Shown piece by piece: positions 6,912 to 12,630 of a stretch of 12,630 nt of DNA. The translations under genes were made by a program, and so were the position numbers. Under the pieces are notes generated by a model, which saw only the letters and a list, made by a program, of their open reading frames with translations, made no database searches and was not told the origin of the DNA. Each line of letters opens with the position of its first letter. The first letter of the stretch is position 1. The stretch comes from a bacterium (lineage in GTDB: Bacteria; Fidelibacterota; Marinisomatia; Marinisomatales; UBA1611): NCBI GenBank assembly GCA_038127595.1, contig JAYPIC010000045.1, positions 1 through 12,630 of the forward strand. Reading direction: 5' to 3'.

Positions 6912-7712
6912 ATGAAAGTTTATATTAGTGCCGATATGGAAGGCATAACTGGTGTAGCTCATTGGGACGAAGTAGATCACAATAAACCTCCATACTCATA
7001 TTTTCAAGAGCAAATGTCTAAAGAGGTCGCAGCTGCATGTGAGGGCGCAAATTTAGCTGGTGCAAAAGAGATATTTGTTAAAGATGCGCATTACTCTGCA
7101 AGAAATATAATCCCATCATTTTTACCAAAAAATGTTAAGATTATCAGGGGATGGAGTGGGCATCCTTCATCAATGGTGCAAGAATTAAATAGTAAGTTTG
7201 ATGCATTGTTAATGGTTGGTTATCATTCAAAAGCAGGAAGTGGTGGTAATCCATTAGCTCATACAATGTCTAGTTCAAAAATTGAACGGATCATTCTGAA
7301 TGATAGGCCCGCTTCAGAGCTATTATTGCATGGTACCATTGCCTCAAAATATCACGTTCCGTTAGTCTTTGTTTCGGGCGATTTTGGCATATGCAAAGAG
7401 ATAAGAAAGATTAACCCCTTAACAATAACACATTGTACAATGCATGGGGTGGGAGATTCTACAATAAGCATGCAGCCTGAACTTTCCATTATGCAGATCA
7501 AGAAAAAAGTTGAAAAAGCTTTGAAATTGGATATGAAATTATGTACGTGGGCACATCCTAATAAATTTAAACTAAAAATTCGATACATGAAGCACGTTGA
7601 TGCCTATAAGGCGTCACAGTACCCAAGTGCAATTATGCTGAATGCAAAATCTATTGTCTACGAAAGTAAGGATTTTGATGATATTATGCGGTTTATATTA
7701 TTTTGTGTTTAA
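6912..7712 (+). CDS. dppA: D-aminopeptidase, peptidase family M55 (DppA)
   Basis: MKVYISADMEGITGV (DxE zinc ligands), VKDAH, SMVQ, VGYH, LAHT, ASE and VFVSGD. No signal peptide. Confidence 0.93.
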   Translation: MKVYISADMEGITGVAHWDEVDHNKPPYSYFQEQMSKEVAAACEGANLAGAKEIFVKDAHYSARNIIPSFLPKNVKIIRGWSGHPSSMVQELNSKFDALLMVGYHSKAGSGGNPLAHTMSSSKIERIILNDRPASELLLHGTIASKYHVPLVFVSGDFGICKEIRKINPLTITHCTMHGVGDSTISMQPELSIMQIKKKVEKALKLDMKLCTWAHPNKFKLKIRYMKHVDAYKASQYPSAIMLNAKSIVYESKDFDDIMRFILFCV

Positions 7713-8408
7713 ATGAATGATTGGATAATAAAAAGCCCTATTCCTGTGGAATGTGATGTATTAAATGAGACGCTACAATTTCCATCAAGAAACATTTATT
7801 GTGTTGGCAGAAATTATAGAGATCATGCCAAAGAGATGGGAGGTGATCCAGAAAGAGAGAAACCATTTTTTTTTCAAAAATCTTCAGATATACTAGTAAA
7901 AAATGGCTCCGAGTTCATATATCCAAATGATACTAGCGATCTTCAATATGAGGTCGAACTAGTAGTAGCAATATCTCAAGATGCCTTTAAAGTAGGTTCA
8001 AGTGAAGCAAAAAATATAATATTTGGCTACGCTGTCGGAGTTGACATTACTAAGAGGGACTTGCAGAAAATTTCCAAAGATAGCGGGAAACCATGGTTTT
8101 CAGCTAAAGTTTTTTACGGTTCAGCTATGATATCTGATATAGTTCCAAAAGAGGATTCTTATTATCCTGAGGATATAAAAATTTCCTTAGAAGTAAATGG
8201 AAAAAGAAAGCAATTCACTGGTTGTAATAACATGATTTGGAATGTCTTCGAATTAATATCCATTTTATCCCAAACAATTCCTTTAAAAGCTGGCGACCTT
8301 ATTTTTACTGGCACCCCTGCAGGTGTGGGGCAGTTGCAAAAAGGTGATGTTGTTGAAGCAAAATTAATTCAAAATAATTCTACTTCATTGTCATTCGTGG
8401 TTAAATAA
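7713..8408 (+). CDS. Fumarylacetoacetate hydrolase family protein (FAHD1/YcgM/NagK-like)
   Basis: IYCVGRNYRDHAKEMG, PFFFQK, YEVELVVAI, GYAVGVDITKRDLQ, KPW..AK and LKAGDLIFTGTPAGVG. Confidence 0.93.
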   Translation: MNDWIIKSPIPVECDVLNETLQFPSRNIYCVGRNYRDHAKEMGGDPEREKPFFFQKSSDILVKNGSEFIYPNDTSDLQYEVELVVAISQDAFKVGSSEAKNIIFGYAVGVDITKRDLQKISKDSGKPWFSAKVFYGSAMISDIVPKEDSYYPEDIKISLEVNGKRKQFTGCNNMIWNVFELISILSQTIPLKAGDLIFTGTPAGVGQLQKGDVVEAKLIQNNSTSLSFVVK

Positions 8409-8411
8409 AAT

Positions 8412-9233
8412 ATGAGAATATTATTTTTTTTCATCTTACTTTTTTCATGTAATGCTCAGGATCCATACGATTGGGTCAGATCGCTTCCGAAGCCTTGGAC
8501 AATAGATGAAAGTGAGTATGATGAAATACTTCCAAATTTTATAAAATATTTTCCTGACTTTGATGATAGGCTAAAAGCCATTAACATATGGAGAATAGGT
8601 ACTCCATATGGAATATTTAAATCTGGAGAGGAAAAAGAGCCAGATTTAGACCCAATATTGAGAATCGATACAACCGATTGTACTATACATGTCCTTACTA
8701 GTATTGCAATGAATTCAAGTAGAAGTTGGGGTGAAACAAAAAATAAGATGATTGACATTCATTATAAACCTAATGAGCAAAATATAAAGCAGCCTGAGTA
8801 CAAAAATAGGTGGCATTATACATCTGATAGAATATTGAATAATCCATACACTGTAAATATCACAAATGAATTAGCCTCAAAAAATGAGCTTGAAGAAATC
8901 GAATTGACACTAAATGAGAAAAGTGATGGAAGTGAGTTTTTAAAACTAAACTGGAATTTGAATGGCAGATTCAAATTCATTCGTTCAGAATTTGTTGACG
9001 ATCAGTTGCTTGAAAAATTACCACCAGTGTGTGGGGTTGCCTTTGTAAAAAAAGCATATGTAAAAAATGGAATTTTAATCGCTCATGAGGGTTTTGTGAT
9101 TGATCAAAAAACCTTGATTCATGCTTCCTCTGCCAGTAAAAAAACAATTCAGGAAGATTTATTAAATTATTTAAGTGGTAAAAAAGAATCAAAATTTGAC
9201 GGTGTAATGTTTTACAAAATATCTTCAATATAA
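8412..9233 (+). CDS. DUF1460 / NlpC-P60 N-acetylmuramoyl-L-alanine amidase-like protein, predicted lipoprotein
   Basis: IGTPY, LRIDTTDCTIHV (catalytic Cys), Y..RWHYTSD, IAHEG (catalytic His) and LIHASS. N-terminus MRILFFFILLFS-C13. Confidence 0.78.
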   Translation: MRILFFFILLFSCNAQDPYDWVRSLPKPWTIDESEYDEILPNFIKYFPDFDDRLKAINIWRIGTPYGIFKSGEEKEPDLDPILRIDTTDCTIHVLTSIAMNSSRSWGETKNKMIDIHYKPNEQNIKQPEYKNRWHYTSDRILNNPYTVNITNELASKNELEEIELTLNEKSDGSEFLKLNWNLNGRFKFIRSEFVDDQLLEKLPPVCGVAFVKKAYVKNGILIAHEGFVIDQKTLIHASSASKKTIQEDLLNYLSGKKESKFDGVMFYKISSI

Positions 9234-9250
9234 CATATTTCTGCAAGGCC

Positions 9251-10285
9251 TTGAATCTTCATAAAATCACTTTCTTTTATCTTATACTAGCTATAATGAT
9301 TTTTTCTTGCAGTTCAGATTCAAAATTAGAACTAGTGAAACCGGCAAGGTTGGAGGTGGGTGATACAATAGCATTTTGTGCGCCCTCAGGATTTTTAGAT
9401 TCTTCAAGAATGTCCGTAGCTAAAAAAAGGTTAATAGAAAAAGGATTCCACATAGTCTATGATGATTCTCTTTTCCGAAACTGGGGATATTTAGCTGGGA
9501 AAGATATAATCCGAGCTAATGAGCTAATGACATACTTTGAAGATAAAAGTGTAAAAGCAATTTTTCCTGGCACAGGCGGGTACGGCGCCACTAGAATATT
9601 ATCACTTCTTGATTATAACATTATAAATGATAATCCAAAAATTTTTATCGGCTTTAGTGACATAACAGCTCTTCACATTGCATTTAATGGTCTATCAAAA
9701 CTAGTTACTTTTCATACTCCTAACCCAATGTATGGTCTTGGTAGTGATAAAGGTCTAGAGCCTATATCCGAGTTGTATTTTTGGTCACTTCTTATGAACA
9801 GTGAGGATGATTATGAAATTCCATTTGATATTTATGGTGATTCTCTCAAAGTAAAAACATTGGTTGAAGGAGTATCATCGGGTATCCTTGTTGGTGGTAA
9901 TTTGTCTTTAATTTGCTCTGCCATGGGCTCTATGTATGAGATATCTACAGGTAATTCAATATTATTCATCGAAGATGTTGGTGAGTCCCCATATAGAGTA
10001 GATAGGTATCTTCAAGAACTTAAATTGGCAGGTAAGTTTGATGGTGTCAAAGGGGTAGTAATCGGAAGGTTCTCAAGAAGAAGAAGCGAGGCACCTGATA
10101 AACCAACTGATTTTACAATGGAAGAGGTTTTTAAACAGTATTTTTCAAAATCTGAATTTCCTGTAATTTATAATTTTCCATCTGGCCATGGCGCTAAGAA
10201 CATTTCCCTTCCATTAGGAATTCTCGCTGAGATAAATACAGATACTCAGGTATTCAGACTTCTTGAATCCCCTGTTAGAAATTAA
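9251..10285 (+). CDS. ldcA: LD-carboxypeptidase (peptidase S66), predicted lipoprotein
   Basis: L..GDTIAFCAPS, YLAG.D..RA.EL, GGYGATRIL, FIGFSDIT (Ser), GGNLS, IEDVGE (Glu) and SGHG (His). N-terminus MNLHKITFFYLILAIMIFS-C20. TTG start. Confidence 0.92.
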   Translation: MNLHKITFFYLILAIMIFSCSSDSKLELVKPARLEVGDTIAFCAPSGFLDSSRMSVAKKRLIEKGFHIVYDDSLFRNWGYLAGKDIIRANELMTYFEDKSVKAIFPGTGGYGATRILSLLDYNIINDNPKIFIGFSDITALHIAFNGLSKLVTFHTPNPMYGLGSDKGLEPISELYFWSLLMNSEDDYEIPFDIYGDSLKVKTLVEGVSSGILVGGNLSLICSAMGSMYEISTGNSILFIEDVGESPYRVDRYLQELKLAGKFDGVKGVVIGRFSRRRSEAPDKPTDFTMEEVFKQYFSKSEFPVIYNFPSGHGAKNISLPLGILAEINTDTQVFRLLESPVRN

Positions 10286-11514
10286 TGTTAAAATATTTCA
10301 TTTGTTTGATTATCATGATGAACATGTCCTGCAGTACAAACCAAAGTGAAAATATTTTGAATGAAATCATCGATAGTATGGGAGCTGAATTTCCAAATGT
10401 AGTTAGAAGCCCAGAAAAACACCGTTTGCAGATCCTTTACACTCAAATAAATAGAAATCAAAAAAATGAACCCACTTTCAAAACATTTTCATTTGGTGTT
10501 GACAAATCTAGGTATTTTTACCCAGCTAGCTCAACTAAGCTTCCTATTGCAGTATTAGCTGTAGAAAAAGCTAGAATGATAAGTGAAATTGATATTTATG
10601 ATAAGTTTCAGATTTTGCCTGGGCCAGTTTATAGAAATGGCGTTAATAAGGATATTAGCTCTGAGACTGGTTATCCTAGTTTAGCTCATTCAATTAGGAA
10701 TCTATTTATCATATCTGATAATTCAGCTAATAATTATTTGTATGACTTTTTAGGAAGAGATTTTATAAATGAAAGATTATGGGATCTTAGCCTTAATAGT
10801 ACAAGAATAAGGCACCGTTTAAGTATTAGTCTTTCTGATGAGGAGAATAGATTTACTCACCCAATGAATTTTTATGATAAATCAAAAATTATTTATAAGC
10901 AAGAAAGTCAAATAGCTTCTATTCCTCTTGAATTGAATGTAAAAGATTACAAAATTGGTAAATATCATTTTTATGAAGGAGAGAAAAAAGAGGGCCCTTT
11001 AGATTTTAGTTCAAAAAATTATATGAATTTGCCAGAACAGCATGAGCTTCTCAAGCGTATAATATTTCCAAAAAATTATGCAAAGGAAGAGCAGTTTAGC
11101 TTAAGTGAAAGTGATTATCAGTTTCTATATAGAGAAATGTCAATTCTGCCTAGGCAGAGTGATTACCCTAGATTCCCAGATTATGATAAACATTATGATG
11201 GTTATTGTAAGTTCTTTTTATACGGCGACACTAAAGACAAAATCCCAGATAATGTAAAAATTTTTAATAAGGTTGGGCTAGCTTACGGTTTCGTGGTAGA
11301 TAATGCTTACATTGTCGATACCAAAAATAATATTGAATTTTTATTGACTGCGGTTATTTACAGTAATTCCAATCAAACGATGAATGATGATGAATACGAT
11401 TATGAAAAAATTTCTATACCTTTTCTTGCCAGCCTTGGAAGGAAAATTTATGATCTCGAGTTAAAAAGATATAAAAAAGTGTTTCCAGACCTTCAATATT
11501 TTAAAAATCTTTAG
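10285..11514 (+). CDS. Serine hydrolase with class A beta-lactamase/PBP fold, predicted lipoprotein
   Basis: YFYPASSTKLP (SxxK), IISDNSANN (SDN) and IFNKVG.AYG (KTG-equivalent). N-terminus MLKYFICLIIMMNMS-C16. Coupled to ldcA by TAATG. Confidence 0.82.
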   Translation: MLKYFICLIIMMNMSCSTNQSENILNEIIDSMGAEFPNVVRSPEKHRLQILYTQINRNQKNEPTFKTFSFGVDKSRYFYPASSTKLPIAVLAVEKARMISEIDIYDKFQILPGPVYRNGVNKDISSETGYPSLAHSIRNLFIISDNSANNYLYDFLGRDFINERLWDLSLNSTRIRHRLSISLSDEENRFTHPMNFYDKSKIIYKQESQIASIPLELNVKDYKIGKYHFYEGEKKEGPLDFSSKNYMNLPEQHELLKRIIFPKNYAKEEQFSLSESDYQFLYREMSILPRQSDYPRFPDYDKHYDGYCKFFLYGDTKDKIPDNVKIFNKVGLAYGFVVDNAYIVDTKNNIEFLLTAVIYSNSNQTMNDDEYDYEKISIPFLASLGRKIYDLELKRYKKVFPDLQYFKNL

Positions 11515-11584
11515 ATCAATTTTATCTTACCTCCGACTATTCAAAGTCTTTATAATTAACTTATGATAAGAAATTATTTATATT

Positions 11585-11614
11585 TTGACATTTCGATTGC
11601 CTGAATTCTATATT
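11585..11614 (+). promoter_or_regulatory. sigma70-type promoter of the DUF4397 gene
   Basis: Perfect -35 TTGACA (11585-11590), 18-nt spacer, -10 TATATT (11609-11614). Confidence 0.7.
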
Positions 11615-11619
11615 TGAGC

Positions 11620-11639
11620 GTTATGAGCGGTTTCATAAC
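11620..11639. promoter_or_regulatory. Palindromic operator candidate at the predicted transcription start
   Basis: GTTATGA-gcggtt-TCATAAC, a perfect 7-6-7 inverted repeat starting 6 nt after the -10 element. Confidence 0.6.
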
Positions 11640-11660
11640 ATCAAAAAGAAAGGAAGTAAA

Positions 11661-12630
11661 GTGAAAAATTTAATAATTTTATTCAGTTTTATCAGTCTTT
11701 TATTGTCGAACTCTGTTGTGATTAATGCCATTAATCATACTAAACATGAAAACGTTTGGATCACAGCCAATGACAAGAATTTGATTAAATTATCAGATTT
11801 TGAAAAAATATCTAGGATTGCTCGAGTTTCTCCTGTGACAACATTAGCTGTTCACGTTGCAGATGAATTAGTTTTTAAGTCTGATTACAGATTTAGAAAC
11901 GGAACCTTACATACAATACATATCGACGAACAAAGGGAAGTTGATCAACCTCAAAACAAATTTCGTGTAAGGGTAGAGCAATTTAATCCAACTTTAGATG
12001 AGCCATTTTATTCTTTGGACCCTTTGACTTTTCAAAGTCAATCTGTTGAATTAAATGATCAAGGCCAATTCAAAGATATCAAGGTTGAGCGAGACAACGC
12101 TGACATACTTGAAACTGCAAACGTACAAATTATTCACAATTCTCCATATCCAGTTGTGGATATTTATGTTGATGATGCAGAAGCACTAGGTGATGTACCA
12201 TTTAGAGCAGCAACAGGAATGATACAACTTCCAATATCAACTACTGTAGGTATCGCTCCAGCCAATGGCGATGTAATCGCAAATTTTCCTTTTGCATTAG
12301 AAACTAATGGAAATTACGTAGTATCAGCATCCGGAATTTTAGGCAACGATGCGACTCCATTTGGCTTAGTGGCATCAGGCCTTGAGTTAGCAGCAGTAGA
12401 TACCAATCATTTTGGTTTAAAAGTTTTTCATGGCGTAACAGATGCGCCTGCTGTTGATATTTATGCTAATGGAAATTTGCTGGTAGAAAACCTTGGTTAC
12501 AATGAGTATGAAGGATACGTTCAAGTGCCTGTTGGTGATTATACCATTGATGTCACTGCTCATGGATCAGATCAGTCAGTAGCTTCGTTTGCTGCTCCTC
12601 TCTCAGGTTTTGGTGGAGGAACAGGTATTG
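11661..12630 (+). CDS. Secreted DUF4397 domain-containing protein, 5' part; runs off the window
   Basis: GTG at 11661 with SD AAAGGAAG. The frame is open to the window end (323 codons). Signal-like MKNLIILFSFISLLLS. Two related units: ANVQIIHNSPYPVVDIYVDD (from 12117) and LKVFHGVTDAPAVDIYANG...YVQVPVGDYTIDV (from 12417). Not in the ORF track. Confidence 0.85.
   Translation, partial: MKNLIILFSFISLLLSNSVVINAINHTKHENVWITANDKNLIKLSDFEKISRIARVSPVTTLAVHVADELVFKSDYRFRNGTLHTIHIDEQREVDQPQNKFRVRVEQFNPTLDEPFYSLDPLTFQSQSVELNDQGQFKDIKVERDNADILETANVQIIHNSPYPVVDIYVDDAEALGDVPFRAATGMIQLPISTTVGIAPANGDVIANFPFALETNGNYVVSASGILGNDATPFGLVASGLELAAVDTNHFGLKVFHGVTDAPAVDIYANGNLLVENLGYNEYEGYVQVPVGDYTIDVTAHGSDQSVASFAAPLSGFGGGTGI

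Noticed and set aside
3515..9246. Other short overlapping ORFs (3515-3706 +, 5176-5427 -, 7352-7588 -, 8456-8758 -, 8977-9246 -)
   Set aside because: Each is antisense to a confidently identified gene and has no family signature.
10285..11514. Calling this gene an antibiotic-resistance beta-lactamase
   Set aside because: It has the fold motifs only. Its size, the KVG variant, the lack of a clear ExxLN motif and the cell-wall-enzyme context argue against it, and no mobile element is nearby.
11510..11534. Strong minus-strand SD-like GGAGGTAA
   Set aside because: The following TTG is closed after two codons (TTG ATC TAA); no credible small ORF.
11552..11577. Imperfect AT-rich palindrome centred on CTTAT-G-ATAAG
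   Set aside because: Low complexity with unequal arms; not supportable as an operator or terminator.
1..12630. CRISPR arrays, tRNA/rRNA genes, IS elements, prophage or defence systems
   Set aside because: All intergenic gaps are under about 150 nt, with no repeat-spacer pattern or cloverleaf, and no transposase, integrase or nuclease motifs were seen.

Overview
AT-rich bacterial chromosomal window, almost fully coding, with no RNA genes, CRISPR arrays or mobile elements that I can support. Low GC, FCB-style lipoprotein signals and a DUF4397 protein suggest an FCB-group bacterium such as Marinimicrobia; this is inference only. From left to right: (1) the 3' end of a universal stress protein gene, a Glu/Leu/Phe/Val dehydrogenase (gdhA), a PuuD-like membrane protein lacking the cytochrome c domain, and an EamA/DMT transporter. 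(2) An oxidative-stress locus: a peroxiredoxin divergent from perR, followed by a rubredoxin-less rubrerythrin, an Fe-S/CCG oxidoreductase and a DUF3501 protein, with a candidate PerR operator. (3) A tightly packed five-gene operon: M55 D-aminopeptidase (dppA), FAH-family hydrolase, DUF1460 NlpC/P60 amidase-like lipoprotein, S66 LD-carboxypeptidase lipoprotein and a class A beta-lactamase-fold serine hydrolase lipoprotein. (4) The 5' part of a secreted DUF4397-repeat protein, missing from the ORF track, behind a clear sigma70 promoter and a palindromic operator. The best candidate for an undescribed system is block 3, which reads as an extracytoplasmic peptidoglycan/D-amino-acid peptide dismantling pathway.
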